Notes: a model not told the origin generated them from the letters alone. A stretch of 64,000 bases of DNA from Promethearchaeota archaeon (GCA_016840165.1 JAEOSU010000037.1:7022-71021); one strand, 5' to 3'. Counted from the first letter of the stretch, positions 27,501 to 39,388 are shown. Program-made: numbers and translations.

Positions 27501-28586
27501 TTAAACTCCACTTAATTTTTTTAGTTCAGTAATTTCGTGGTCTTTTTCTTTAATGGTTAATTTTAATTTATTTATACTTTTTTGTAAGTCATCAACAAGA
27601 CCAGACATTTGACCAGCAGGAATTATTTTTTGCTCTACTTGGTTTAACTTGAGTTCGGTAATGATCTTATCTTTTTCTTGTAATTTGAATTCCAAATCAG
27701 ATATTTTTTCTTCTAAATTTGATAAGTTTATGGAGACACCATCAGTATTTTGTTTAACTTTTAATTGATTTTGTAAAGATTCTATATCATTTTTTAATGC
27801 TTCATTTTCCTGTTGCAAATTTTGGATATCTCCACCCGTGAATTGAATGTCCTTACCTTCTAACGTTGACTTTAACTCTGAATTTTCTTGCTGTAATTTA
27901 TCAATTATTTTTTTATGTTTGTTTAAATCCGTCTGAAGATCTTGGCATAAGGCTTCTAATGGCATTGAGGAACTTTCAGGAGGACTTGGTTTAATAACAG
28001 AGGATTCAGGAGATTCTACAGGTACAACATAATCAATTGGTAAAGATTTCATTTTCTCGACTAATTGTTTTTGTAGTTCTTCATTTTCTTCCTTCTTTTC
28101 AAGAAGATCTCGCTCGAGGTCTGTAATATGTTGTTTGTATTTAGTTAATTCTAATTTTAACTCTTCAATAATAGCAAGATTCACGTCATTTTGATTACCT
28201 TCTTGAAGGTTAGATATTGTAGTATGTAGATTATTGATTTCTTGATCTTTTTCCATATTTAATTGAACCATACTTTTAATCTTATCGCTTAGCTCCGCAT
28301 TTTCAGTTTCCAATTGATTTAATCGTATACTCACTTCTTTTAGGCTTTGTTCGTTTTCTAATCTTAGTTTTTCCTTTTCTTGGGCTGCGTTTTTAATAAT
28401 ATCTTCGGCTTTACTAATTAATTGGATATTCTCAGCTATTTTATCTCTTAATTGCTGGTTTTCTTGTTGAAGCAAATCAAGTTTATTAGTTGTATTGCTG
28501 ATGGACGCTGGTTTATTATTTTCCTGTTCCATTTTCTTTTTCCATAAGCTAATGAAATCTTCTACTTTTTCGTTATCTTCAGACAT
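27501..28586 (-). CDS. Long coiled-coil protein (hypothetical)
   Basis: 361 aa. Heptad-rich Glu/Lys/Gln/Leu sequence interrupted by a Pro/Ser linker (PVESPESSVIKPSPPESSS). Confidence 0.5.
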   Translation of the reverse strand: MSEDNEKVEDFISLWKKKMEQENNKPASISNTTNKLDLLQQENQQLRDKIAENIQLISKAEDIIKNAAQEKEKLRLENEQSLKEVSIRLNQLETENAELSDKIKSMVQLNMEKDQEINNLHTTISNLQEGNQNDVNLAIIEELKLELTKYKQHITDLERDLLEKKEENEELQKQLVEKMKSLPIDYVVPVESPESSVIKPSPPESSSMPLEALCQDLQTDLNKHKKIIDKLQQENSELKSTLEGKDIQFTGGDIQNLQQENEALKNDIESLQNQLKVKQNTDGVSINLSNLEEKISDLEFKLQEKDKIITELKLNQVEQKIIPAGQMSGLVDDLQKSINKLKLTIKEKDHEITELKKLSGV

Positions 28587-28738
28587 TATTCTTAACCTAA
28601 ATATTAATCATATAAATAAAGATTCAATTTATTTAAAAATTCTTTTAGAAGTAAAATTGCATATTCCTTTAAAAAAAATTTTTTGTAAAAATAGTTATTA
28701 AGAGTTTTAAAATTACACTAAAAAAATCATGTAAATTT

Positions 28739-29662
28739 CTATCTAATTATTATCCCAGAAAAATAACCAACTGTCCATGTACCCCCACCAGGAGAGATAT
28801 CTTTGCTGGCATAATACTTCAAAAGCTTAGATTCTTTAGCATTCATATTTTTTCCAATAGAAACCAAAGTAGCAATTGTTTGTCGGCCACATATACTTGG
28901 ACCTCTCTGATCGGCACGAAATTGATCATAGACTTCTTTAGAAACAACATTTTCTGGGTTTAAAATATTCTCTGGTTTAAAAGTAAGAAATTGATCAATA
29001 ACGGTTAGATCAATTTCTTTCAAGGTTTTCATTTGCGATTCATTAATTATGTCATAATGGGACATATCAGATGATGCAACTAATATGATATCTTTATCAA
29101 TCCCATTAATTACAGTTGAGATTTCATTTGAGATAGTTTCCATTTCATTACGATTTATGTGGTTGGTAATCTTTATTGGGAGAATCTTTACATTATTTTC
29201 CCCCGCACAAAATTTTATAAATGGAAGTTGGATTTCAATATTATGTTCTTGGTAGTTTATAAAAGCCGATGTATCCTCGGTGATAATTTTTGCATTGTCA
29301 AGTATTAACTCTGCTAACTCATGATCTATTTCTAAATTTCCTAGTGGAGTTTTCCACACTCCTTTTTGCATTAAACCCACCTTTGAATAATAATGATGGT
29401 GTGTTCCAAGAATGATAATGGTATCTGGGATCCGCTCTTTGAAGAGATTAAAATAAGTATATGCTGCGCAAGGACCAGAATAAGCATATCCTGCGTGGGG
29501 CGAAACTCCCCCAATAATGGTTCGCGACTCTTTATTTTGACACTTCGGAAGTGCTCCGGGACCAAATGTATCATTTTTAAAATGACGCTCTAAATCACGT
29601 TTTAAATCGTCTTTGTTATGTGAATACCAGTGGCCAGCAAAAATCGCTTTTCGTTCAATCAT
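28739..29662 (-). CDS. MEMO1-family protein (AmmeMemoRadiSam system protein B)
   Basis: 307 aa. AGHWY and GVSPHAGYAYSG motifs. Confidence 0.8.
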   Translation of the reverse strand: MIERKAIFAGHWYSHNKDDLKRDLERHFKNDTFGPGALPKCQNKESRTIIGGVSPHAGYAYSGPCAAYTYFNLFKERIPDTIIILGTHHHYYSKVGLMQKGVWKTPLGNLEIDHELAELILDNAKIITEDTSAFINYQEHNIEIQLPFIKFCAGENNVKILPIKITNHINRNEMETISNEISTVINGIDKDIILVASSDMSHYDIINESQMKTLKEIDLTVIDQFLTFKPENILNPENVVSKEVYDQFRADQRGPSICGRQTIATLVSIGKNMNAKESKLLKYYASKDISPGGGTWTVGYFSGIIIR

Positions 29663-29803
29663 GCTTTATATCCTAATTATTATTGAATAATATATTGATA
29701 ACAAGATATAAAACAATTTTTACTAGTTTTGATAATGCCTTACGACTTATTATCTTTTATATAAATTTACAAGAATTCTTAAGGTATAAATCATAATTCT
29801 GTC

Positions 29804-30409
29804 TTGATGAGTGAAGATAAGGAAGCTCTCATTTCTTTAGACGATCTTACAGAAAAGGATATCCCAGAAAAAATCCCCACTAAATTCATTAATTCGAGAG
29901 TTATAGTATTTAATCCGTTATTTGCATCCTATCTTTATGTAAAACAGAATTTTTTTGGTTCTCCTTTAGGAATTAATAAACCGAGATTAGCATATTTCTC
30001 TAAACCTTCAGAATTGAGTTTAATTGAAGCATATTATTTACTTCTAAAGGGAAAAATTACGATTGAAAATCCTGAAAGGAATCAACTAATCTCTCCTGAA
30101 GAATTTTTTGAGAGCGCAAAACAACTCCATCATAAATTTGAAGAGAAATTTATTATCTATAATGATCTACGCGAAAAAGGATATATTCCTCGACCTGGAC
30201 TTAAATTTGGGGCTGATTTTGTTGTATACAAGAAAGGTCCAGGATTAGAACACTCCCCTTTTATTGTCCATGTATTACCTCATGATGCTAAGATTTCTGC
30301 CATCGATATGGTCAGAGCAGGAAGATTAGCAACTTCAGTCAGAAAAAAATTCGTAATCGCAAATCCTTTGACAATAAGTTATTATTTCTTTGAATGGTTC
30401 AAACCTTAA
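29804..30409 (+). CDS. endA: tRNA-splicing endonuclease
   Basis: 201 aa. Catalytic-domain signature GYIPRPGLKFGADFVVYKKGPGLEHSPFIVHV. The likely ATG start is at 29807. Confidence 0.8.
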   Translation: MMSEDKEALISLDDLTEKDIPEKIPTKFINSRVIVFNPLFASYLYVKQNFFGSPLGINKPRLAYFSKPSELSLIEAYYLLLKGKITIENPERNQLISPEEFFESAKQLHHKFEEKFIIYNDLREKGYIPRPGLKFGADFVVYKKGPGLEHSPFIVHVLPHDAKISAIDMVRAGRLATSVRKKFVIANPLTISYYFFEWFKP

Positions 30410-30855
30410 TCTAAAATAGGCTTTCCACAATTAGGACATTTCTTAACAAAGTTAGGAATGATTATCCCACAATAACGACATTTTCGAATTATAGATTTTT
30501 TATACTTAAAATCTAAAGAGATATTATGTCTGGGTTTATCTGGAATTACTGGTCGTTCATACTTTAATTCTTCTTTATACATTTGATAATCTGATTTTTT
30601 CTTACTTTTATCTACCTTCTGAAATAATCTACGATACAAATCTTTTGATATTCCCGTAATTAGCGGTCCAATAACAATTAAGATTAAAAATATTAGAATG
30701 AGTAAAATGATTAAAGGATTCATACCTAAATCAAGAAAAATGCTATATAAATAGAAAAGAAGTATCGTGTACAGTATTATAAATATAATTCGGAAGATAA
30801 TTGATTTTTTACTTCTGCTCTTTTTTCTATTTGAATTGTTTGGTTGATTTTCCAT
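30406..30855 (-). CDS. Two-TM membrane protein with C-terminal zinc ribbon, co-oriented at the end of the ATP synthase operon
   Basis: 149 aa. Two hydrophobic helices and CRYCGIIIPNFVKKCPNCG. The ATG begins 1 nt after the atpI stop. Confidence 0.5.
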   Translation of the reverse strand: MENQPNNSNRKKSRSKKSIIFRIIFIILYTILLFYLYSIFLDLGMNPLIILLILIFLILIVIGPLITGISKDLYRRLFQKVDKSKKKSDYQMYKEELKYERPVIPDKPRHNISLDFKYKKSIIRKCRYCGIIIPNFVKKCPNCGKPILD

Positions 30856-30856
30856 C

Positions 30857-33205
30857 CTATTTCCGATTTAAATATTTATTTTCAATATACTTAACCGCCT
30901 TATCTACTTCTAATTTGGCTTTTTCTGGTTCAATCTCTTTTTGTATCTCTTCAGAGATTAAATCCTTGTCTAAACCCACTTTAAATTTTATTGTGGAATA
31001 ATTATTATCCAAATAAAATGGAAAAAATTCAGTTCCTGTACCTTTGTAAAATTTAAAGAAAAATTCGTAGAAATGAAGTCGAATAGTGTTGATAAAAACC
31101 AATACCCCTTCTAATAAAATTACCAAAAGATTTCCGAATATTGTACCAGTTATCCTTAATATGTCAAATAATAGACCTTCCCCTTGAACTAAGCCAGTTA
31201 GCGCTTGAATTGAAATCATTAATGCTATATGAGCAAGAGCTAGTGCTAACAAACGAATATATGACGCCACATTACTTAAAATGGATAATGCAGTTTCAAA
31301 GGTTTCAACAGTCCCTTCTCCCATAAGAGCACCATATGACTCTTTTTTTAAGTAGGAAATTCCAAAAATTTTACCGAGAGGTTTTAATATTATTAAAAGA
31401 ATGCCAGGGATAATAACAAATAAGATAGGTGGTGGTAACGGAATCGGAACACCAGAAAATGGGAGATATACGGATGTTGGTGATAACCAAGTTCTTAGAT
31501 CTATACCATACTGAAAAATTAAATATGTACCTCCAGTTAATAGACATATTTTCATAAATGAATTTGTAAAAGCTATATACTTTTTCGATTGTCTAGCATA
31601 GTTAATAAATTCAAGAAACCATCCTAGATTAATATGCACGACTCCAATAAATAAGGCAAACATAAATACACTTGTGATATTTTGAAGAGGATCGTAAATA
31701 TTTACTGGTCCCAAGAATGGAAGATATAGAAGTATCGGTTGTAATTGTATCCCCAAGAAATTTTCATAACCAAAAAATTCTCCGTAAAATATTCCTCCCA
31801 AAGTGGCTCCTAATCCACAATAAAATACGATCCAACTAAATTTGCCAATTGATTTCTTTCTAAAAATAATTCCTCCGAGAATGCCAGAGATAATAAGGAT
31901 TAGTCCATGACCAATATCCCCAAACATTAACCCAAAGATGAAAGGAAATGTAAATGCTAAAAAAGGAGTAGGGTCAATTTCAGAATAGGAAGGTACTCCA
32001 TACATTTTCGTGATCATTTCAAAAGGTCTAATGACCCAAGGATTTTTCATAATTGTAGGAGTTTCTTCCTTTATCTCTTCTTTATTGATACTCTCTTCCA
32101 ATTTACTTTGTTCTAAATCATATTCGTTTTCATTTTCTTTTAAAACTTCAATCTTTTCAGATTTAGGTACTAGTCTCTCTTCTTCCTTTATTTCATGAAA
32201 ACGTGGAATATCAATAATATTAATCATTATTTTATTTCTAAATGTTTTTAACAATTGTTGCTTTACTTGTTCTTTTTTCCAAGAAGGTACATAAAATTGA
32301 AATGAAAGAGTATTAGGAGAAATACGCTTAAACTGCCTTTCAGCCCAATGATATTCTTCAATATTCTGAACTACTTCATTTATGGCAGCAAACTTATAAA
32401 TATTTGAGTCTCTTAACTTTTGTCTTTCGGTTTTATATTTTAATAAAGTTGTATTGATGATATTGATTTCGCCTTCGATACGAGTGAAATTAATTCCTTC
32501 TGGAGTTAAATACTTTTTTAAGATTGGAACTTCTTCTGCATGAATAAGATTTAATTTTTCTTTTAATTCTTCCTCCAAATCTTTTGGATAAAAGAGATAA
32601 AAAGTAATTCGATCCTCTAATTTATAGACATTTGGGAACAGTTCATCCGTTTCATGGATATTGGGAAAGTTGGAAAATTTAAATAGAGTATTAAAGTTAT
32701 CAATATTCTTTTTAAACATAGTATAAACTTTAAAACTGATCTTCTTTAAGTCCGATATACTTTCTCTATTTAAATTAAATTGTTCTAAAAATGTATAGCT
32801 AGATTTTATGATTTGAATATTCTCTATTTCAATCTGTGCTTTTGCTATGTATCTATCTAATTCATTTATCCGGTTTGTATAAAAATTTATCTCTTCTAAG
32901 GATTTATTTACTAATTCTGCTAAATCGTGTACTATGAATTCAACTCTATCCTCAGATGGTATTTCTTTTAACTCTTGAAGATTTACTTCATTAATATTAA
33001 GTTTGCTCAATAAAGAGTCTAAATTTTGCCTTAAATTTTTTAATTTTCCTATAAAAGGATCTTTTTCTTCTGATGTTTCCAATTTTTTTTTTTCTTTTGT
33101 CTTTATGTGAGTATTGTTTATATTTGAAAGTGTATTTAAAAGTTGATCCTTATAGTATTCATAAATACCAACTTCGATTAGGCTCATTTGAACTTTATTA
33201 GTCAT
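30857..33205 (-). CDS. atpI: A-type ATP synthase subunit I (a-subunit)
   Basis: 782 aa. Cytoplasmic coiled-coil N-terminal half plus a polytopic C-terminal half with a conserved Arg context (SYIRLLALALAH). Confidence 0.85.
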   Translation of the reverse strand: MTNKVQMSLIEVGIYEYYKDQLLNTLSNINNTHIKTKEKKKLETSEEKDPFIGKLKNLRQNLDSLLSKLNINEVNLQELKEIPSEDRVEFIVHDLAELVNKSLEEINFYTNRINELDRYIAKAQIEIENIQIIKSSYTFLEQFNLNRESISDLKKISFKVYTMFKKNIDNFNTLFKFSNFPNIHETDELFPNVYKLEDRITFYLFYPKDLEEELKEKLNLIHAEEVPILKKYLTPEGINFTRIEGEINIINTTLLKYKTERQKLRDSNIYKFAAINEVVQNIEEYHWAERQFKRISPNTLSFQFYVPSWKKEQVKQQLLKTFRNKIMINIIDIPRFHEIKEEERLVPKSEKIEVLKENENEYDLEQSKLEESINKEEIKEETPTIMKNPWVIRPFEMITKMYGVPSYSEIDPTPFLAFTFPFIFGLMFGDIGHGLILIISGILGGIIFRKKSIGKFSWIVFYCGLGATLGGIFYGEFFGYENFLGIQLQPILLYLPFLGPVNIYDPLQNITSVFMFALFIGVVHINLGWFLEFINYARQSKKYIAFTNSFMKICLLTGGTYLIFQYGIDLRTWLSPTSVYLPFSGVPIPLPPPILFVIIPGILLIILKPLGKIFGISYLKKESYGALMGEGTVETFETALSILSNVASYIRLLALALAHIALMISIQALTGLVQGEGLLFDILRITGTIFGNLLVILLEGVLVFINTIRLHFYEFFFKFYKGTGTEFFPFYLDNNYSTIKFKVGLDKDLISEEIQKEIEPEKAKLEVDKAVKYIENKYLNRK

Positions 33206-33225
33206 AATATTTCATCCAATTCTAT

Positions 33226-33876
33226 TCATTTTCTCTTCTTTTCAATTAAATCTTTAGTTTTTTTTAATCGAACAAAGTTTTCTCTGTCCATTTCTTCCAA
33301 TATTCCTTTAATTTTTCTAATATCATCCGAAAGAGCAGGAATAATTTGATTTTTTAATCCAGTAATTCTTCGATTTAACTTCTTTAAATTAAAAGCTAAT
33401 GAAAAAAATAAATCTTCAAATTCAGCAAAATTAATCATTAATTCGAAAAACTTTTCTAATAACGGCATTAATTCATCAATAAAGCGACTAGTGTTTTCAA
33501 AGGAGTATGCTGGGAGTCTTCCTATTCGATTTAAATCATAATCTATTTTTTGAAATGAAATACCTATATCTTTAGCAAATTTAACGCTAATAGTAGGTTT
33601 ATATTGGATTTTGCTTAAATTACTAATTAAGACAACATCTCTCTTTCCCATTTCTTTATATGCCTCATTCATATAAATTAATGATTTTTTAACAGTTCCC
33701 AAAAATTGCTCCAATTTATCTTGATAAACTTGATTTTTAGACTTAATTTGTGAAATGAGTTGCTCCCGTTTGAATTCTAAAAATGTTGCTCCTTTTTCAG
33801 CAAGAGCTAATTTTTTCTCTAAACTGATTAAATTTGTTTTCGTTGGCTTAATCTCTCGGAAGCTTAATGTAAACAC
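33226..33876 (-). CDS. atpD: A-type ATP synthase subunit D
   Basis: 216 aa with a GTG start directly after the atpB stop. N-terminal KPTKTNLISLEKKLALAEKGATFLEFKREQL is typical of subunit D. Confidence 0.8.
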   Translation of the reverse strand: MFTLSFREIKPTKTNLISLEKKLALAEKGATFLEFKREQLISQIKSKNQVYQDKLEQFLGTVKKSLIYMNEAYKEMGKRDVVLISNLSKIQYKPTISVKFAKDIGISFQKIDYDLNRIGRLPAYSFENTSRFIDELMPLLEKFFELMINFAEFEDLFFSLAFNLKKLNRRITGLKNQIIPALSDDIRKIKGILEEMDRENFVRLKKTKDLIEKKRK

Positions 33877-35265
33877 CTATTTGGTATAATATTTTTCAAT
33901 AAATTCTTGATGAATTCTAAATAATTGATTTTGTGATAAATTTGAAAGGACCTCCCATGCAATTGTAAAGGTTTCATCAAAAGAACGGTTTTCTGTAATT
34001 CCCTGATCCAAGAATTTCTTCTCAAAATCATCTCCAAAAGAGAGTAATTCTTTCTGATCCGGATTTAAACCATCTTCTCCGATAACAGAAAGGATATCTC
34101 GAACTTCTAGAGCATCTGAATATGATGCTAAAAGTTGAGAGCTAATATCAGCATGATCTTCACGAGTGGTACCCTTTCCAATTGAATCCTTCATTAATCT
34201 TGAAATTGATGCTAAAACTTCAAATGGTGGATAAATACCTTTCTTATTTAAATCTCTATTTAAAACTAACTGTCCTTCGGTAATATAACCCGTTGTATCA
34301 GGAATGGGATGTGAGATGTCGTCATTGGGCATAGTTAAAATCGGCAATTGTGTAATTGAGCCTTTCTTTCCTTTTAATTTACCAGTTCTTTCATAAATTG
34401 AAGCTAAATCAGAATAGAGATAGCCTGGATATCCTTTCCTACTAGGTATTTCTTCTTTTGCCGAGCTTAATTCTCTTAACGCTTCAGCATAGTTAGTCAT
34501 ATCAATAAGTACTACGAGAACTTGCATATCTTTTTCAAAGGCAAAATACTCTGCTGTTGTCAAAGCGACGCGAGGAATTATTAATCGCTCCATTATTGGA
34601 TCAGAAGCAAAATTTATGAAAGAAATTATATTTTGGATATTTCCACCTTCTTTAAAAGTATTTAAAAATGTGATAGCCTCATCTTCAATAATTCCAATAC
34701 CGCAAAAAATGATCAAAAAAGGTTCTTCTGTTAGTACCTTGGCTTGAGTGACTATTTGTGCTGCCAGTTTATTATGAGGCAAACCTTGTGCACTGAAAAT
34801 GGGTAATTTTTGTCCACGAATAATAGTAAAAAGACCATCAATTACAGAAATCCCTGTTTGAATTACTTCCGAGGGATACTGCCTTGAAAATGGATTAATA
34901 GGTGAACCATAAATATCTAATTCAAGATCACCTATTATTTCATTCTTTAGAATTTCTTTGGAAAAAATGTTAAGAGGTCTTCCAAAGGAATTAAAGGTTC
35001 TACCAAACATATCATTTTCTGATATTCTTACTTTGAAAGTGTCTTCAGTGAAGAATATTTTAGCGTTTTCACTGGATAAACCTTTAGTATCCTCAAATAC
35101 TTCAATTATGATTACTTCTTCATTTATTTTAATTACTTGCCCAAATCTATCTTTACTATCTTCAGATTGGATTTTTACAATCTCTCCGTAGTGGACCTCA
35201 TGCTGATTTTCCAAGAAAATTAAGGGGCCAATTATTTTCTGAATATTTCTATAAATGATACTCAT
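33877..35265 (-). CDS. atpB: A-type ATP synthase subunit B
   Basis: 462 aa. Motifs [31 protein letters not shown] and [16 protein letters not shown]. Confidence 0.95.
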   Translation of the reverse strand: MSIIYRNIQKIIGPLIFLENQHEVHYGEIVKIQSEDSKDRFGQVIKINEEVIIIEVFEDTKGLSSENAKIFFTEDTFKVRISENDMFGRTFNSFGRPLNIFSKEILKNEIIGDLELDIYGSPINPFSRQYPSEVIQTGISVIDGLFTIIRGQKLPIFSAQGLPHNKLAAQIVTQAKVLTEEPFLIIFCGIGIIEDEAITFLNTFKEGGNIQNIISFINFASDPIMERLIIPRVALTTAEYFAFEKDMQVLVVLIDMTNYAEALRELSSAKEEIPSRKGYPGYLYSDLASIYERTGKLKGKKGSITQLPILTMPNDDISHPIPDTTGYITEGQLVLNRDLNKKGIYPPFEVLASISRLMKDSIGKGTTREDHADISSQLLASYSDALEVRDILSVIGEDGLNPDQKELLSFGDDFEKKFLDQGITENRSFDETFTIAWEVLSNLSQNQLFRIHQEFIEKYYTK

Positions 35266-37106
35266 TTTGTTTTCTTCCCACTATAACTTAATTTTATGGA
35301 TTGAATCTCTCTTAACAACTTCGTCTTTATTTCTTCTATTTTTTCAAATTCATCATTTGGAATTGCTTGATTAACTCTTCTTATATCATCTAAAACCTCA
35401 AGAGATTTAATATCTTCAAGCATATATCCCTGATCTAAAAACGTTAACCCTTGTTGGTATAAAAGTATAATTAATTTTACATATCCCAGTAATTTAGTAG
35501 AATTAGTGAATTTATCAATATCATCAAACGCATTTTGAATAAGGAAACTTTCTCTTATTAGTTTTCCAATAAAAATTATGAATTGCTGGTCATCAGGTAA
35601 ATTTTCTTCTCCAATTAATTGGATTATGTTTTTTAATTCATTTTCTTTCGATAGAATAGAATTTATTTCCGCTCTACATTGAGTCCAGTCTTGATCAATT
35701 TCGGACCAATTTATATCTCTTTCATGCCACCATTCTGAGACATATTCTATATAATTTGAGTAGGACGTTAACCAATTTATTGCAGGATAGTGTTTTGAAT
35801 AAGCAAGACTGGCATCTAAAGCCCAAAAAGCTTGAACAAATCGCTTTGTTGTAGCAGTCACTGGTTCACTAAAATCCCCTGCAGGAGGAGAAACAGATCC
35901 TACTACCGTTAATGAACCAAATCTTTTATTTTCAACATCATTACTACCCAATAACTCTACTTTTCCAGCTCTTTCATAAAAGCTTGAGAGTTTTGAAGGA
36001 AGATAGGCGGGATATCCTTCTTCTGCAGGCATTTCCTCTAATAATCCAGAAATTTCCCTCAAAGATTCTGCCCAACGCGAAGTGCTATCTGCAAGAACCG
36101 CTACGTTATAACCCATATCTCTATAATATTCTGCTATAGTTATTCCTGAAAAGATACTTGCTTCACGCGCAGAAACAGGCATATTAGATGTATTAGCGAT
36201 AAGGACTAATCTTTCGATAAGGGGTCGTCCACTTCTTGGATCGATTAATTTTGTAAATTCCTTTAAAACGTCAGCAATCTCATTCCCTCTTTCTCCACAT
36301 CCTACAAATATAATTATATCCGCGTCACACCATTTTGCCAAGGATTGTTGAATAACCGTTTTTCCGGTACCAAACCCACCAGGTACTGCCACCGTCCCTC
36401 CTTTAGCGATAGGAAAAAGTAAATCTATTACCCTTATTCCCGTAATCAAAGGTTCTTCTGAAAGAATTCTCTCTTTATATGGTCTACTCCTTGTTATAGG
36501 CCATTTTTGCAACATTGTTAATGAACTTTCTTTTCCATTTTTTCTCAAGCGATAAATTTCATCTATTATAGTGAAATCTCCTTCTTCAACTATGAAGGAT
36601 AAAACTCCAGAATAATTAGTTGGAACTAAAATTCTGTGTTCTATTAACTCAGTTTCTTGAACTACGCCAACTATTTCACCAGGAATAATTTTATCTCCCA
36701 CGTTCTTTTTTGGTACGAAATGCCATTTAACATCCCTTGATAGAGAAGGAATTTCAGTACCACGTTTCAAAAATGAGTTTTTCGTTTCTTTATGAATTAT
36801 ATTTAAAGGACGTTGAACTCCATCAAATACACTTGTTAGGAGTCCTGGTGCTAATTCCATTGACAAGGGTTCTTGTAGATTAATAATTTCTTGATTTAGT
36901 TTTAAATTATTTGTATTTTCATAGCACTGAACGACGACATAATTTTCATATATTTGAATTACTTCCCCCAAAATATTTTGTTCTGAAATTTTAACTAAAT
37001 CGTGTAATTTAATCTGTTTTTCTATGCCCTTAACATAGATTAGTGTTCCATTTATAGCACTAATATATCCTTTTTCAAAAGTCTCACTAGATTTGTTCAT
37101 ACTCAT
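35262..37106 (-). CDS. atpA: A-type ATP synthase catalytic subunit A
   Basis: 614 aa. Walker [11 protein letters not shown], plus [15 protein letters not shown] and YPAYL. Confidence 0.95.
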   Translation of the reverse strand: MSMNKSSETFEKGYISAINGTLIYVKGIEKQIKLHDLVKISEQNILGEVIQIYENYVVVQCYENTNNLKLNQEIINLQEPLSMELAPGLLTSVFDGVQRPLNIIHKETKNSFLKRGTEIPSLSRDVKWHFVPKKNVGDKIIPGEIVGVVQETELIEHRILVPTNYSGVLSFIVEEGDFTIIDEIYRLRKNGKESSLTMLQKWPITRSRPYKERILSEEPLITGIRVIDLLFPIAKGGTVAVPGGFGTGKTVIQQSLAKWCDADIIIFVGCGERGNEIADVLKEFTKLIDPRSGRPLIERLVLIANTSNMPVSAREASIFSGITIAEYYRDMGYNVAVLADSTSRWAESLREISGLLEEMPAEEGYPAYLPSKLSSFYERAGKVELLGSNDVENKRFGSLTVVGSVSPPAGDFSEPVTATTKRFVQAFWALDASLAYSKHYPAINWLTSYSNYIEYVSEWWHERDINWSEIDQDWTQCRAEINSILSKENELKNIIQLIGEENLPDDQQFIIFIGKLIRESFLIQNAFDDIDKFTNSTKLLGYVKLIILLYQQGLTFLDQGYMLEDIKSLEVLDDIRRVNQAIPNDEFEKIEEIKTKLLREIQSIKLSYSGKKTK

Positions 37107-37809
37107 TTAAGTAATCCTTCATTTCTTCTTTTTTATTTTTAATAAAATTTTCAAAATTAACCTGTAATTCTTTTACTTGTTCTTCAGAAAATACCTGTGA
37201 TAAGTGCTTCTCGATAATAATAATGTTTCGCTCTAATAATGCATTAATAGAATAGTTGTAGTTAATTTTTCCTCCTTGAGAAACAACTTTAAATCCTCCG
37301 ATAAATTCTTCTTCAGATCTAATGATCTCGACATCATTTTTGAATAAAGAGTTAATTTTAGAGGGGTTGGTTTTAATGTTGTCATAATCTTTATCATTTA
37401 ATATAACGATAACTTTTGGTGATTTATCGATAATATGAACTAATTCCTTTATTTTCTCAGTTAAAAATTGTAGATAATGTGAATAATTGTTTGTTATCAA
37501 ATCTTTAATTTTCAACAACAAACTATTATTCAAATCACTTAATATGTTGTTTTTAAGATTTAAAATCGATTCTTTTGCATCAATTAGGGTCGAAGCTAAT
37601 GATTTATTTAAGAAATTCCTATACAAATTTGCAAATTGATCTTTGAGTTTTATCGAATTCTCATTAATACGCCTTAAATAATTTTTTTTTGCTTCTGCCT
37701 TTTGATAAAGCATTTGTTGGTTTAATTCTTTTATTTTTTCTTGAGCACTTTTAATTAAATATATTCCTAACTTTCCGAATTGATCTTTTATAATATTTTC
37801 CTCAGACAA
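37087..37809 (-). CDS. atpE: A-type ATP synthase subunit E
   Basis: 240 aa. Long N-terminal helix and globular C-terminus (GGFKVVSQGGKINYNYSINALLE). Position in the operon supports the call. Confidence 0.7.
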   Translation of the reverse strand: MSEENIIKDQFGKLGIYLIKSAQEKIKELNQQMLYQKAEAKKNYLRRINENSIKLKDQFANLYRNFLNKSLASTLIDAKESILNLKNNILSDLNNSLLLKIKDLITNNYSHYLQFLTEKIKELVHIIDKSPKVIVILNDKDYDNIKTNPSKINSLFKNDVEIIRSEEEFIGGFKVVSQGGKINYNYSINALLERNIIIIEKHLSQVFSEEQVKELQVNFENFIKNKKEEMKDYLNEYEQI

Positions 37810-37823
37810 GTTAATCCCTCACC

Positions 37824-38144
37824 CTAATCTATAATTCTCCTGATACTTTTATTTATTTCTTTAAGAAATACAGTTTGTTCTTCAATTTTTGTTTTGAAGA
37901 TATTAGGTAAATAGAATATAAATGGTTTTAACTTACTTAATTTATGTTCCATTAAGATTTGAATATCTTCATCTAATAAATCTATCGCGATAACAATCAT
38001 ACCTATAGAAGGATCTTCTTTTAATCTGTTGAATTCTTCTAAAAAGTCCCCAGGTTTATTGAGAACTATTCCCTCAATACCTAATAATCCCATCAATACA
38101 ATGATTTCTTCTTCTCCAATAACATAAATTTTATCTTCAGGCAC
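37824..38144 (-). CDS. atpF: A-type ATP synthase subunit F
   Basis: 106 aa. KIYVIGEEEIIVLMGLLGIEG opening is typical of subunit F. Confidence 0.75.
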   Translation of the reverse strand: MPEDKIYVIGEEEIIVLMGLLGIEGIVLNKPGDFLEEFNRLKEDPSIGMIVIAIDLLDEDIQILMEHKLSKLKPFIFYLPNIFKTKIEEQTVFLKEINKSIRRIID

Positions 38145-38460
38145 TAAAATCTAAACCTAGTTTATCTATAATTTTATTTATCAAAACAGTTTTATTTTGG
38201 TTATAACTATGTTCAAATTCAATTAGAATCTTCTCTAAATTCTTTTTAAACTGAGAAATTTCTTTATTAACGTCATTTTGTAGAGAATTTAAAGCTCCTT
38301 TAACTAAATCTTGTTTAGTCTTTTGAGTTTCTTCTAATGATTTTTCATTATTTTTCCGGAGTTCATCGATTTCCTTTAAGTTCTGCTCTTTAGCTTTTTT
38401 TAATAAATCATTATAAACTTCTTCCAAATCCTTGGCCCAGTCAAATATTCTCATTCCCAT
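38137..38460 (-). CDS. atpH: A-type ATP synthase subunit H (peripheral stalk, G-like)
   Basis: 107 aa, fully helical and charged. Overlaps atpC and atpF within the operon. Confidence 0.6.
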   Translation of the reverse strand: MGMRIFDWAKDLEEVYNDLLKKAKEQNLKEIDELRKNNEKSLEETQKTKQDLVKGALNSLQNDVNKEISQFKKNLEKILIEFEHSYNQNKTVLINKIIDKLGLDFSA

Positions 38461-39388
38461 TTTTTAGACTCTCATATTTTTCATGAATAATTCTAATTAC
38501 ATTTGGCATTATGTTAAATTTGATTTCTTTTTCTTTTTTAATTATCAATTCCAATATGCGATAGATTGTAAAATACTCAAAATCATCAATTTTTAATTGG
38601 AATTTTTTAAAATAATAATTTTGATAGATTCCTTCTAAGGACCATCTCAAATGTTTTTTATTTATATTAATAGGGATATATAATTCTTTTAATTCTTTTA
38701 TGGAGTTTAAGAACTTTTGAATTTCCGATATGAATTTATCGATATCATTAATCTCTAATAAAGCATCGATTTTTTCTTGGCTTAAAAATAAGTATTCTCT
38801 AATAAGTAGTTGCGATGTTAAATTCTTATCAAAATGATTAATTATTGCTCGTGATAAAATTCTCAAGTTATAAACTTCTGCTGAATAATCAATAAAAAGC
38901 GATATCATCGCTTTTTCTTTTTTATCATAAAAATGTTTTGTTAATATAAGATTTTCATAATATAATTTATCTAAAAAAGCCTCTAAAATAAAAATTTCGT
39001 TAGTATTTTTAAAATAGAGTATTCCCTCCCTTATGGGCTTGTTATAGCGCGTGTTTTTCATATAAAACTGAATTTCCTCTAAACTAGTGATCTCGAGCAA
39101 ATCTTTAATAAAATCTGAACGCTCCAAATATTCTTCAACTAAATAATTAATCCTTTTAGATTTTTCTGATTTGCTAATACCGATTATTGATCCGAGTATT
39201 ATTTGCTTAATGTTAGAGATTTCATACTTTAAAAGGTAGGCTTTTAAAAAGAGTTTCATATTATCCGGGGAAAAATATAAAATCCTTCCTATTAATTTAA
39301 TAAGGATATGAAAAAGAGCTTGTTCTATTTCCATAATATTATAATCCGAAATTTTGATTTCAGGATAATACGGAGAGATAAATTCCAT
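38441..39388 (-). CDS. atpC: A-type ATP synthase subunit C (d-subunit). The real start is probably upstream of the listed ATG.
   Basis: 315 aa from the first ATG. The in-frame upstream 53 codons (to 39547) encode SYVYTYIKIEFLKKLIIEDNNLSQLKKFDSIKDF, which resembles the conserved subunit C N-terminus. That stretch has no ATG, GTG or TTG. Confidence 0.75.
   Translation of the reverse strand: MEFISPYYPEIKISDYNIMEIEQALFHILIKLIGRILYFSPDNMKLFLKAYLLKYEISNIKQIILGSIIGISKSEKSKRINYLVEEYLERSDFIKDLLEITSLEEIQFYMKNTRYNKPIREGILYFKNTNEIFILEAFLDKLYYENLILTKHFYDKKEKAMISLFIDYSAEVYNLRILSRAIINHFDKNLTSQLLIREYLFLSQEKIDALLEINDIDKFISEIQKFLNSIKELKELYIPININKKHLRWSLEGIYQNYYFKKFQLKIDDFEYFTIYRILELIIKKEKEIKFNIMPNVIRIIHEKYESLKNGNENI

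Noticed and set aside
33877-37106. Possible inteins or insertions in atpA/atpB, and likewise radA at 23392-24390
   Set aside because: Protein lengths (614, 462 and 332 aa) are normal. The Walker and signature motifs are contiguous, with no Cys/Ser...His-Asn-Cys intein boundaries.
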